From Squalus acanthias (Eukaryota), in assembly GCA_030390025.1 (NCBI GenBank), contig CM059432.1, positions 92,444,001 to 92,508,000 of the forward strand: a stretch of 64,000 nucleotides of DNA, in the 5' to 3' direction. Position 1 is the first letter of the stretch. Every line of letters starts with the position of its first letter. The translations under genes and the position numbers were made by a program. This document shows positions 1-11,793 of this stretch, one piece after another. The notes under the pieces were generated by a model that was not told the DNA's origin, did not search any database, and saw only the letters and a program-made list of their open reading frames with translations.

Positions 1-420
1 TTAACGCAGAAAAGTGCAAAGTGATACATTTTGATAGGAAGAACGAGGAGAGGCAATAAAAACTAAAGGGTACAATCCTAAAGGGAGTGCATGAACAGAG
101 AGACCTGGGGGTATATGTGCACAAATCGTTGAAGGTGGCAGGGCAGATTGAGAAAGCGGTTAAAAAAGCATACAGGATCCTGGGCTTCATAAATAAAGGC
201 ATAGAGTGCAAAAGCAAGGAAGTTATGATGAACCTTTATAAAACACTGGTTCGGCCTCAACTGGAGTATTGTCCAATTCTGGGCACCGCACTTTAGGAAG
301 GATGTGAAGGCCTTCGAGAGGGTACAGAAAAGATGGTTCCAGGGATGAGGCACTTCAGTTATGTGGATAGACTGGAGAAGCTGGGGTTGTTCTCCTTGGA
401 GCAGAGAAGGTTGAGAGGAA
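1..420 (+). mobile_element. CR1 LINE ORF2 C-terminal fragment (3'-truncated)
   Basis: ORFs 87..296 and 333..548 give RDLGVYVHKSLK, LYKTLVRPQLEYC and RLEKLGLFSLEQRRLRG. Nearly the same sequence occurs at 12357-13615. Confidence 0.85.
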
Positions 421-2456
421 AAGTGATCCAACCGTGGCTAACTAAAGAAGTTAAGGATAGTATTAGATTAAAAGAAGAGGCTTATAATGTTGCGAAAATA
501 GTAATAAGCCTGAGGATTGGGAGAGCTTTAGAAACCAGCAAAGGATGACCAAAAAATTGATAAAAAGGGGGAAAATGGAATATGAGAGTAAATTAGCAAG
601 AAATATAAGAACAGATTGTAAGAGCTTCTACAAGTATGTAAAAAGGAAGAGAGTAGCAAAAGCAAGCATTGGTCCCTTAGAGGCTGAGACAGGGGAACTT
701 TTATTGGGGAACAAGGAAATGGCAGTGACCTTAAATAAATATTTTGTATCTGTCTTCACAGTAGAAGACACAAAATGTATACCAAAAATAGTGGGGAATC
801 ACGGGGTTAATGAGAGTGAGAAACTTAAAGTAATTAATATCAGTAGAGAAAAAGTACTTGGGAAACTAATGGGACTAAAAGCCGACAAATCCCCTGAACC
901 TGATGGACTACATCCTAGGGTTCTAAAAGAGGTGGCTGCAGAGATAGTTGATGTGTTGGTTGTGATCTTCCAAAATTCCCTAGATTCTAGAAAGGTCCCA
1001 ATGGATTGGTAGGTAGATAATGTAACCCCACTATTTAGGAAAGGAGAGAGAGAGAAAACAGGGAACTACAGGCCAGTTAGCCTGACATCATTCATTGGGA
1101 AAATCCATTATTAAGGAAGTGGTATCAATTCACTTAGAAAATCATAATATGATCGGCAGAGTCAACATGGTTTTATGAAAGGGAAATTGTGTTTGACAAA
1201 TTTATTAGAGTTTTTTGAGGATGTAACTAGCAGGGTAGATAAAGGGGTACCAGTGGATGTGGTATATTTGGATTTCCAAAAGTCATTCGATAAGGGGCCA
1301 CATAAAAGGTTGTTACACAAGATAAGGGCTCATGGGATTGGAGGTAATGTATTAGCATGGATAGAGGATTGGTTAATGGACAGAAAGCAGAGAGTTGGGA
1401 TAAACAGGTCATTTTCAGATTGGCAGGCTGTAACTAGTGGGGTGCCGCTAGGATCAGTGCTTGGGCCTCAGCTATTTACAATCTATATTAATGACTTAGA
1501 TGAAGGGACAGAGTGCAATGTATCCAAGTTTGCAGATGATAGAAAGTTAGGTGAGAAAGTAAGCTATGAGGAGGACACAAAGAGCCTGCAAAGGAATGTA
1601 GACAGGTTAAGTGAGTGGGCAATAAGGTGGCAGATGGAGTATAATATGGGGAAATGTGAGGTTATTCACTTTGGTAGGCAGAATAGAAAAACAGTATATT
1701 TTGTAAATGGTGAGAAACTATTAAATGTTGGTGTTCAGAGAGATTTAGGTGTCCTCATACAGGAAACACATCAAGTTAGCATGCAGGTACAGCAAGCAAT
1801 TAGGAAGGCAAATGGCATGGGGGTTTATTGCTAGGGGGTTGGAGTACAAGAGTAAGGAAGTCTTGCTACAAATGTACGGGACTTTGGTGAGACCACACCT
1901 GGAGTACTGTGTACAGTTTTGGTCTCCTCATCTAAGGAAGGATATACTTGCCTTAGAGGCGGTTCAACAAAGGTTCACTAGACTAATCCCTGGGATGAGA
2001 GAGTTGTCCTATGAGGAGAGATTGAGTAGATTAGGCCTATACTCTATGGAATTTAGAAGAATGAGAGGAGATCTCATTGAAACACATAAGATTCTGAGGG
2101 GGATTGAAAGGATAGATGCTGAGAGATTGTTTGCCATGGCTGGAGAGTCCAGAACTAGGGGGCATAGTCTCAGGATAAAGGGTCGCCATTTAAGGCTGAG
2201 ATGAGGAGGAATTTCTTCACTCAGAGGGTTGTGAATCTTTGGAATTCTCTACCCCAAAGGGCTGTGGATGCTGAATCATTGAATATATTGAAGGTTGAGA
2301 TCGATAGATTTTTGGACTCATGGGGAATCAAGGGATATAGGGATCAGGCAGGAAAGTGGAGTTGAGGTCGTAGATCAGCTGCGATCTTATTTAATTGCCA
2401 AGCAGGCTCGAGGGAATGTATGACCTAATCCTGCTCATAATTCTTATGTTCTTATG
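421..2456 (+). mobile_element. CR1 LINE (HER1-like), 5'-truncated, degenerate ORF2 reverse transcriptase plus 3'UTR
   Basis: KSPEPDGLHPRVLKE, YLDFQKSFDK, GVPLGSVLGPQLF, SKFADD and LVRPHLEYCVQFWSP across ORFs 545..2204, with stops and frameshifts. Ends in a (TTCTTATG)n tail at ~2441-2456. Confidence 0.9.
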
Positions 2457-2512
2457 TAACTTAAAACATTCTTATCATAACAGTTCTAATTCATGTCTTT
2501 ACTCTCCCACAG

Positions 2513-3492
2513 GTCCATCAAGTGCAACCCCCTCCCCCCCCCCCACCGTCAGCCGGAGGAGGAAGACGACACCTCAGAAGAAGCTCCACTCTCTGAAGGT
2601 GCACCGTCACACAACCCAAGCGCGCCCAGCACCAGCACAGATGCACGCACGCCGGTGGGTCCAGCAAGACATAGAGTAGTGTTGTCACCTGGTGTCTCAC
2701 ACATCACAAGTGAGCAAAAGCAGATGGTGGAGACAGGGACAGCAGTGGAGAGTCCTCGCTGGAGGCCGCAGGACGCTCCAAGCTTTGCTCAGCTGGATGC
2801 AGATGCTGAACCTCGGGGGCCGTCGAGAAAGAGGATGATCTTGGAGGAGCAGCAGCAAATACGCGAGGCTCTGGCAGCTTTTCCAGCCGCGATGTGCACG
2901 ATTGTAAAGAGAATGGAGGAGTCCATCTCCAACATGAGCAGCACCATATCACAGGCGATGGCGACGATGTGATCCTCCATGAAAAGGGTGGCCGCCTGCA
3001 TGGAGCATCGAACGCGCCAGTCAAATGAGAACATGGTTGCTGTGAACAGCTTGTAGACTCGGATTGTAGTCATCTCTAGGAGGGATACCAACATAGACTT
3101 GGGCATTCATGGCCCCACTGAGGTGCAGCAAGGTGCTCTCCAGCTCCTTGCTAGCAGGGAAGTGTGGGTGACCCATGAGAGGAATGATGGTGAGAGGGGA
3201 CATGGAAGTGGGGACTCTGCTCAAAGCGCTCCCACTTCTCCCCCGTTACCTCCCCCTCAGTCAGAGCCCCACATGCTACCTCGGATCCCGATGGCCGAGT
3301 CTACACCTGCACAGTTGCAGGAGGAGCAGTCTTTGGCGGGGCCCTCATAGGCTCCAATACCCAGAGGACGCTAGCCAAAAGTGTCCAAGCAGTCAGAGCA
3401 GGGAAGTGAGCAGCCTGCCTCTACCTCTGCTGAAGCCACAGGGGTTGCACCTCGTAGAAGTGTTAGGAAAAGAAAAAAAAACACAATTGTAG
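2513..3492 (+). pseudogene. Harbinger Myb/SANT-partner gene, 3' exon (disrupted)
   Basis: Acceptor-like CTCTCCCACAG ending at 2512. Acidic/Pro/Ser-rich then coiled-coil-like peptide ending in basic PRRSVRKRKK. Several in-frame stops. Lies tail-to-tail with the transposase. Confidence 0.55.
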
Positions 3493-3766
3493 ATGCACCC
3501 GGGTGTGTTTCAAAATGTTAGACGGTTAAGTTTCAGTTGTGTGTTTAAGCCACATAACTTCATGTCTTTGCACCACGTTTGCCTGTTACCTGGGAAGTGG
3601 CCTTGTCACTTGGAGTGAATGGTGAGACATGACCTAACCACGAGCAATGGGTGTGCGTGTGAAAGGAATGGTTTGGTCATTTTAAGACTGCTTTGTGGTT
3701 TGGCGGGGGTGGGATGGAAATTGTTTGCGCATCTGGGTGCCATATGGGTGCACTGGTGCAACTTAA

Positions 3767-4920
3767 CTAAATCATGCCATTATGAGTTGATCCCGTGCCT
3801 TCTGCACAGCATCTGCCCCTCAGGTTCCTCCTCCTCCTCCTCGTGGTCCACCTGCTCCTCTTCCTCATCCTCCTCTGAGAAGACTCTGCGCCTTGCTCCT
3901 CCTGCAGCTCCAATCCTCGCTGCTGTGCTATGTTGTCCAGAGTGCAGCACACGACAATCATTCTGGAGACCTTGGCTGGTGTGTACTGAAGGGCTCCTCC
4001 AGATCTGTCCAGGCATCTGAAGTGCATCTTCAGCATCCCAATTGCTTGCTCTATTACACATCTGGTTGTGATGTGGCTTTGATTTTCGCACTCCTCGGCC
4101 TCATTGCTTGGCCTCCTCAAGGGTGTCTTCAGCCACGTCTTCAGTGGATAGCTCTTGTATCCAAGCAGCCAGCCAGTATATCTGGTTGGAGGTGCGAAGA
4201 GCTGAGGGAGGGTGGACTGGTGCAGGACAAAAGAGTCATGACAGCTCCCTGGGAATCTGGCGCACACCTGAATGATGAGCTTTTTGTGGTTGCAGACGAG
4301 CTGCACATCGATGGAGTCGAAGCCCTTCCGGTTCACAAACACTCCTGGGTGATCTGGGGGTGCCTTGATGGCCACATGTGTGCAGTCGATGACACCCTGC
4401 ACCTGTGGAAAGCCAGCCAGAGCCGCAAACCCGAGCGCACGCTCAGTCACACTGGCTTCATCAGTGGCAAAGTGCACATAAGTGCCTGACTTGTGATACA
4501 TGGCATCGGTCACCTGCGTGATGCAATTGTGGACGGCTGACTGCAGGATTCTGCAAATGTCTGTTGCAGATCCCTGGAAGGAGCCTGAGGCAAAGAAGTT
4601 GAGGGCAGTGGTCACTTTGACAGCCACTGGTAATGCGTGTCCACCAGGTCCAGTTGGCAGCAGGTCTTCTTCCAGCAGACTACAAATGTCTGCCACAACC
4701 TGACACGATACCCTGAGCCTCCTGAGGCACTGCTGTTCAGTCATGTCCAGGAAGCTGATCCTCTGCCTGTATACCCTGTGTGTTGGGGGTATCGCCTCCA
4801 GCAAGTTGCACTCCTGTGCTCATCGACTCTCTCCTGTGGAGCAGCAGGTCAGTGAGGAGAAGGCTGCTGCTGTGGTGGCTGCTGTTGCTGCTGGTGTTGT
4901 TGGTGCTGGGGCTCATCTTG
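3767..4920 (-). pseudogene. Harbinger (HARBI1-like) DDE transposase, degenerate
   Basis: ORF 3767..4804: [45 protein letters not shown] (the GDxxY Asp is replaced by Tyr), [21 protein letters not shown]. Gln-rich N-terminal remnant at 4805-4920. Confidence 0.9.
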
Positions 4921-4941
4921 GTCTGAATCTGAGGTTCAAGG

Positions 4942-5036
4942 TGAAACATAGAAACATAGACATAGAAAATAGGTACAGGAGTAGACCATTCGGTCCTTCG
5001 AGCCTGCACCGCCATTCAATGCGTTCATGGCTGAAC
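4942..5036 (-). mobile_element. CR1/HE1-type 3' tail inserted into the Harbinger 5' region
   Basis: (GAAACATA)n tail followed by GTAGACCATTCGGTCCTTCGAGCCTGCACC, matching the HE1/CR1 tails elsewhere in the window. Confidence 0.75.
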
Positions 5037-5579
5037 ATAAGTGCCACCTATGCTGATTTGCTAGATGCCAGGTAAAGTGGAGATCAGAGGCACAATCCTC
5101 CAATGTACTGAGAGTGACTAGCAATGTGGTGAGAGTGACTTCCGAGGTTGCAGAAATCACCTGCAAACTCCTGAAAGCAAAATCCCTGCACCAATGATGT
5201 CAACAAGAGCCTTTCCCTTAGGCAAGGAAGCAGGTGTGAGGTGTGAGTATTTATGTGATTATTTCAACTGTCAATTGTTCAACTCACACAATGGCCGCTC
5301 AGCGCTCGTCTTGCTTTGACAGGAGAGTTTCAGGAAGCCCGTGAATCCTGTGCGCACCCAGTAAAAGCTGCAACATCACTTTAAAAAGCCTGTGAATAGT
5401 CTGTTAACAAGCTCTTAAATACTTGAATGCCTCTCCTAAGCGGGTCTCTGGCGCGCTGAGAAATGCACCGGAGTTAAAGGTGGAAGTTGGCAGGATGAAG
5501 GCGGCTTCCCGATTTCAGCGCACCCGCTCACAAACCCGCACTCATTTCAAAGGAAAAATTCCAGCCTTTGTCTTCCTTC

Positions 5580-5845
5580 TCAGGTGGATGTAAGAGATGC
5601 ATGGTGCTTTTTGAAGACCAGCAGGGGAGTTGGTCCCAGTGTCCTGGTCAACATTTATCACTCAACTAAAATCATTAGAACGGATTATCTGGTTATTTAT
5701 CTCGCTGTTGTTTGTGGGACCTCGCTGTGTGTTTCCCTACATTACAACCCAGACTACACTTCAAAAGTACTTCAGTGGCTGTGAAGTGCTTTGGGACATC
5801 CCAAGATCATGATAGGTGCTATATAAATGCAAGTTATTTCTTTCT
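5580..5845 (+). mobile_element. SacSINE1-like Deu-SINE, 3' part
   Basis: Reverse-complement match to the copy at 35830-36192. L2-like tail GCTATATAAATGCAAG. Confidence 0.7.
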
Positions 5846-6129
5846 AACGTGGAGTTTGTTGCAATTGGGATTTTTTAACAGCTTGGTTGTTGCAATTGGT
5901 GGGAAAGGGGTACCCAAGAATCCAAGAATGCAGGCTCCACCCGAGACAAAGCATTCATTCCAACAACTACCAAGGGGGGCTTTAAAACAGCTTACTAGGC
6001 CAGACTCACCAGCAGTTTAATCGACTAGGCAGTGCTCCACCCACTAAGACTTTAAACAGACGAGCACCAAACTTCAAATTCCCTATGTACTGCTCAGCTG
6101 TCTTGGAGAATGGAAAAGTTCAAGACTCA

Positions 6130-7138
6130 GGGATTATTTTGGCCAAAGGGTGAAAACAGGCGCTAAATGGGTGCAGAGCTAATGAGACGAGCCAGTTTGA
6201 AATTCCGGATTTAACACACAATTTTGGTCCTAATTCCTGATTACCATAACTTGGACTTGCCTGGAGATGATAACCAGAAACCTGCAGGTTTAGCACTCAA
6301 GTGCTGATTAGACGCAATTTTCGTGGAGCAGTATATGTGGGCTTCCACTGAAGGTGTGAAGTGCTCTGGCTGACGTACAGCAGCACGTTGCAGGATGGCT
6401 CAGGGACCGAGGGAGAAGGGTCACAGGTTCTCGGATGCGGCACTGGAGGTCCTGGTGGAGGATATCCAGAGGAAGAGGAATGTCCTGTACCCACAGGGGG
6501 GGAAGGAGCCCACCTCGCCCTCCTGTCCCTCTCCTGCAGCAGTTGGTGCTGCTCTGCCTGGCCTCATGTCCTCCTCCCATTCCTCCTCCAGACCAGATGC
6601 CCTAGCAAGATGCCTGTGACCAAGCACTCCCTTTCTCCTGGTGACTCCTATAAGGTGGAGTAGCACAGCACTTACTCTTTTTAGGTGAAGTCCTCAGAGA
6701 ATTTCCGGAATAAAAGTTGCTCCAGTGTTGGTGAAGTCTTGACAAAGACTTCCGATATGTTTCAGAGGTCCTCTTCACAGCAACAATGACCGTGAAAAGG
6801 TGAGTATCTTTTTAAGTGGTGAGTATCCCTTTAAGTAGCGCTTGAAATTGACACCAATGCCATGTTTACACCCAAACAGCTGGTTGCTGTTAGGAGAGGG
6901 TGTTACTTGAAGCACTAGCTACCAAAATGCCGTGCAGCCTATTTAATGAGCACTAGCAAGCATTTTAAGTGGCAATCAGCTATTTAACTAGCCTCCAGGC
7001 AGCCGTTCCTAGCGCTGGCTTCAACTCCTTTACCAAGATGGCATCTTGCGCTAAAAGTGGGCTAAACTGGCGTTTCAGGTCCATCTTGGCCACCTCTTTA
7101 CCTCTTTATCACCTAAAGGATTCGGCGAAAGTCGCCCC
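6130..7138 (+). mobile_element. Internally deleted Harbinger element with Myb N-terminal remnant
   Basis: ORF 6395..6619 begins MAQGPREKGHRFSDAALEVLVEDIQRKRNVLYP (Myb/SANT-like). Ends are GGGATTATTTTGGCC and GGCGAAAGTCGCCCC. No clean TSD. Confidence 0.6.
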
Positions 7139-8252
7139 TTTGATTGTTTAGCTAAATGATTCAAAATACAAAGAAGGTCAAAACTAACTAAGAAATTAGA
7201 TTAATTTAAATAACGGGGTAGAATCTCCACTGGGGTTCTTTCAATCTTCCACTAAAGTTACGGCCGGAGATCTGGAGAACCCCCCACGGAAATTCCAGGG
7301 GATTATTTTTAATACAAATTACACAAGCAGCGGATGCACCAATGTTTAAGATCTTAATTGTAGCTTAAGCTAGACTACTTTCAAACATAGAGGTTAATTA
7401 CACACATAACAGAAAATGTCTCTAGATCCTATAACTCAGCCTTTCAAGGTCAGGAAGTGGCTGTCAGTGAATCAGACTGTGTAACTTCTCTGTTCTGCTT
7501 AATTTCCTGCAGTTTCCTGCAGTCTGGAGTGGGATTAACGCCTTTAACTGGATAAGTGACTGTTAAGCTACTTGAAAGGTATGAAGTGAACATCATTGCA
7601 GGCAAGGCCTAATTGGCCAGCTTTCTTCCAGGAAGCCGAACAAAATCCTATAGAGAGAGTTCATCCAGTGGAAAACTGAACAATTAGCATTTCTACTTAC
7701 TGCCATTAAAATAAAAAAAGGGTGACATTCATAAAAGAGGAAACCAGTCCCATCAAGTTGCTTCCATATTATTCTGCAAAAGCACATTTTTGACAACTTT
7801 TTTTTGGCAACCAATTTTATACTGCAAAGAGAAAATCAAAGCGAGGGCACAATTTACTGGGATGTAACACTTCCATTATTTCCAAAACCTTACACAGAAG
7901 AAGGGGCGCCGCGGGGACTAGAGTGCATCATCACCCCGGCCAATGACATTTTAATTTAATTTGTTAAGGTTCCTTTAAAGTTTTATTAGTTACAGTCAAT
8001 TTTGTTTAATCACCCAACTAAAAGAGTACACAGAAGAAGGAGGGGCGTGTCAAAAGCAGTCACGTTTTTACAGGAGTAACAGGTACTGCAGGTGAATTTT
8101 CAATGAAGCATGTTACCGATGTGTGTAGAATAAAAAGATACATATTCAGTTTACAGCACCCAATATATGCTTTGGTGGCAGGTACATTCAGTGCTAAACA
8201 TTATAAAGTAAGGAGATCCTTTGCTAGTGCTACCATTAAAAGAAAAGAAAGA

Positions 8253-8841
8253 CTTATGCTGAACCTTTATAAAGCACTGGTTAGGCCACAACTGGAGTAT
8301 TGCATCCAGTTCTGGTCACCACACTTTAGGAAGGATGTGAAGGCACTTCAGAGGGTGCAGAGGAGATTTACCAGAATGGTTCTGGGGATGGGGGATCTTA
8401 GCTACAAGGACACGTTGGAGAAGCTGGATTTGTTTTCATTAGAGCAAAGGAGGTTGAGGGGTGAATTGATAGATGTGTAAAAGATTATGATGGGTTTGGA
8501 TAGGCTAGACGGGGAAAGGCTGTTCCCACTAGTTGACGGTACAAGGACTAGGGAACACAGATTTAAGGTTTTGGGCAAGAGATACGGGGGGATGTGAGGA
8601 AAAACTTTCTTACGCAGCGAGTGGTGAGGACCTGGAATTCGCTGCCGATGGAAGTGGTGGAAGCGGAGATGCTCAATGTTTTCAAGGGGAGACTGGATAG
8701 GCACTTGAGGGAAATAAACTTGCAGGGCTACGGGGATAGAGCGGGGGAATGGGACTGACTGGATTGCTCTACAGAGAGCTGGCACGGACTCGAAGGGCCG
8801 AATGGCCTCCTTCTGTGCCGTTATGACTGTATGACTCTATG
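8253..8841 (+). mobile_element. CR1 LINE 3' fragment
   Basis: LYKALVRPQLEYCIQFWSPH; 3'UTR GGGCCGAATGGCCTCC; (TATGACT)n tail. Confidence 0.85.
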
Positions 8842-9141
8842 ACTTGTGTTTATACAGCACCATTCACAACCTCAGGACATTCCAAAGTGCTTTACAGTCA
8901 ATGAAGTACTTTTGAAGTGTAGTCACTGTTGTAATGTAGGAAACACAGCAGCTAATTTGCGCACAGCAAGCTCCCACAAACAGCAATGTGATAATCTGTT
9001 TTAGTGATGTTGGTTAAGTGATTAATATTGGCCAAGAAACTGGGAGAACCCCCCTGCCCTTCTTCAAAATAGTACCTTGGGATTTTTTGCATCCACCTGA
9101 AAGGGCAGACGGGGTTTTGGTTTACATCTCATCCGAAAGAT
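8842..9141 (-). mobile_element. SacSINE1-like Deu-SINE, head missing
   Basis: AATGAAGTACTTTTGAAGTGTAGTCACTGTTGTAATGTAGG core shared with 35830, 37345 and 63735. Confidence 0.75.
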
Positions 9142-9404
9142 GATCATGAATAGATCACCCCTCCAAGAATGAAACTATTTAAAGGCGAGGAAAAGAGCCT
9201 TGGAGACTCATGTGCCATCTTCATCATAATGACATTAAGCAGTAAAACATCCAGGTTATGTCACCACACTTACAGTGTTCCAAAGGCTTTCCATGCAACT
9301 TTCCTGGATGACAGTGCAGTTGGATTTCCTCTGTGTGCTGAACATAATAAAATTGTAAACTCATACATAAAGAGTGAGCTTACGATTTTGTTACTGATAG
9401 CACA

Positions 9405-9620
9405 CACCCAAGTCACACACCATCCCCGTTGGACATATCTCGCCGTTCCTTCATCGTCGCTGGATCAAAGTCCTGGAACTCCCTCCCTAACAGAACTGTG
9501 GGAGTACCTTCATCACACAGACCGCAGCGGTTCAAGAAGAAGGTCACCATCACCTTCTCAAGTTGGGTAATAAATGCTGGCCCTGCCAGCGACGTCCACA
9601 TCCCGAGAATGAATTTTAAA
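9405..9620 (+). mobile_element. CR1-Zenon-like LINE 3' end
   Basis: RRSFIVAGSKSWNSLPN and 3'UTR match the 3' ends of the elements at 43605 and 56805. Confidence 0.8.
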
Positions 9621-9896
9621 AAAGAGGAAGTCTTCCCCTGGTGACTCCTTAAGACTGTTCCCTCACTCTACAGAGGCAGTTTCTGAAATGATACATAGGG
9701 TAAATTATCAAGAATAAGAGGAAAAGCACAGATATAATTTCCATATGAAACAACAGAAATACATTTTATTATACATTTAAATAGATCAGGCTTGAAAATA
9801 CGATAGTCCCACCTCACCACCATCCATTAACCCCAGACAACCCAGACCCCATCCAAATTCCTGAGGTCAATGACATTTACATAATGTGGGCGGGCT

Positions 9897-10272
9897 CTTC
9901 TTCTTCTTAGGCAGTCCCTCGGAACCGAGGATGACTTGCTTCCACATTAAAAATGAGTTTGCAGGTGACTGATAAGTCTAATGCGGGACCTACAGTCTCT
10001 GTCACAGGTGGGTCAGATGGTGGTTGAAGGGGCAGGTGGGTGGGGTGCTTGGGTTGACGTGCACTCCTTGCGCTGTCTGCGCTTGGCTTCCGCTTGCTCC
10101 CGGCGAAGAGACTCGAGGTGTTTGACGCCTTCCCGGATGCTTCTCCTCCACTTTGTGCGGTCTTGGGCCAGGGATTCCCAGGTGTCAGTGGGGATGTTAC
10201 ACTTTTTCAAGGAGGCTTTGAGGGTGTCCTTGAAGCGTTTCCTCTGCCCACCTGGGGCTCTCTTGCCGTGCC
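9897..10272 (-). mobile_element. RTE-clade LINE 3' end
   Basis: GKRAPGGQRKRFKDTLKASLKKCNI..WESLAQDRTKWR is a typical RTE C-terminus. (GAA)n tail at ~9897-9907. Confidence 0.85.
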
Positions 10273-11189
10273 GTGTGGGCGGGCACCCGCAGCAGTAGTG
10301 GCACAACTAGGCTGCCTGCTAGATGGGGGAAAATCTCGCCATGGCGGGCAGTATCTAAAGCGGAGTGACTACTTCATGCAGGCGTACGTTAATTTGGAGG
10401 AAACAGAGGCAGTATTGATAGGAATTCTGATGGATGATGTCATCTTGCCAGTCTCGCCTCTTCTCCTGATGTCACGAGTGAAGGGACTCGATGCAAGGAG
10501 CACCTGCCCCCACTGGCCGAGGAAATCCTGGCCTACATCGGAACCGGGCCCCACCAAAATAACAGCCTGTTTATTTTAAATGGGTTAGTGACCCCTCTTA
10601 AAACAGTAGACAAAATATCAGACAAATGCGTTATGTTTTCATCTGCTAATATCGCCTGTTATGACTTGTTTTTTCTCGCAATATTTGTAACTTGTGCTTA
10701 CAACAAAAAGGCAGTTTTCATAACTGTATCAAGTCTACTTTGAATCGAGACCTGCACTCTTTATACATGCTGTGAGTGAGATAGCGTGCAATAAGACTAA
10801 CAATTACCCCTTAACCACAATATATTACACCAGAGACCAAGTGGGACGCCTGCCATGTTTTCCTGTCTAGTCAGAAAGGCAGTAAATACCACAACATTAG
10901 ATGATTACATTCAGGTTAAAACCATAGTCCATAAATTATTTTAAAGGAATTTAATAATGGCTTGAAAAGAGAAATATTAAAGGATATGGGGAGATTGGGA
11001 TTAGACTAGGTGGCTCATGAGTACCAGCACAGACTTGATGGGCCAAATGATGGGCTAAATCTTCTGTGCTGCAGCATTCTATGATTTTCTAAGAAACAGA
11101 AACACACAGCCAAATACTGTAAGTACAATAGAGAGCAGAAACCTTAAGCTATTTCCAAAGAAAAAAAGGACCCTCTGAAATCTTTTCAA

Positions 11190-11793
11190 CAACAATAATT
11201 TGTATTCATATAGCACCTTTAACAAAGAAAAACATTCCAAGGTGCTTCACAGAGGCGTAATCAGAAAATGAATGACAAGCCAAAAGCAGAGATATTAGGC
11301 GAGGTGGCCTAAAACTTGGTCAAATAGGTAGGTTTTTAAGGAGGGCTTTAAGGAAGGAGAGGAATGTGGAGAGGCGGCGGGATTTAGGGAGTAAATCTCT
11401 GAATGCGGGGCCTAGGTGGTGCCAATGGTGCGGTGAAGGCAGGGGGGATGCACAAGAGGCCAGAGTCAGAGGAACAGAACGTATTTTTTTGAGGGGGGGA
11501 TTCTCGGCTGGAGGAGGGGCAAGCAAGGGATATATTTAAATACAAGGATGAAAATTTAAAATTTGAAATGTTAGGGGGGCCTGGAGCCAATGTAGGTCGG
11601 CAAGGACACGGACGATGGAATAACCAAAACTTGGTGTGAGATTAGATTCGGGCAGCAGAGTTTGGATCGGAAGTTTACAGAGAGTGGAGGATGGGAGGCT
11701 GGTCAGGAGAATATGGGAATAGTCAAGTCCGGAGGTGAAAAATGGCATGGATGAGGGATTCAGCAGCAAATAGCCTAAGGTAGAAGCAGTGGC
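11190..11793 (-). mobile_element. L2 LINE 3' fragment, continuing at ~14000-15270
   Basis: GLDYS..LL, LADLHWL, FLKALLK motifs and a (CAA)n/TTG tail at ~11190. Confidence 0.75.

Larger units (their letters stand above)
2460..5566. mobile_element. PIF/Harbinger DNA transposon, partial, with convergent Myb-like gene and transposase
   Basis: Transposase on minus, low-complexity ORF2 exon on plus, and a terminus AAAAATTCCAGCC at ~5554-5566 resembling the other Harbinger TIRs in the window. Confidence 0.8.

Noticed and set aside
78..431. Antisense ORFs over CR1 and Zenon-like LINEs (also 8402, 11858, 13554, 57246)
   Set aside because: Shadow frames of LINE ORF2 with no independent coding evidence.
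3767..4804. Host HARBI1 gene
   Set aside because: Lies inside a transposon with a partner gene and TIR-like end, has a paralogue at 62 kb, and has a mutated catalytic motif.
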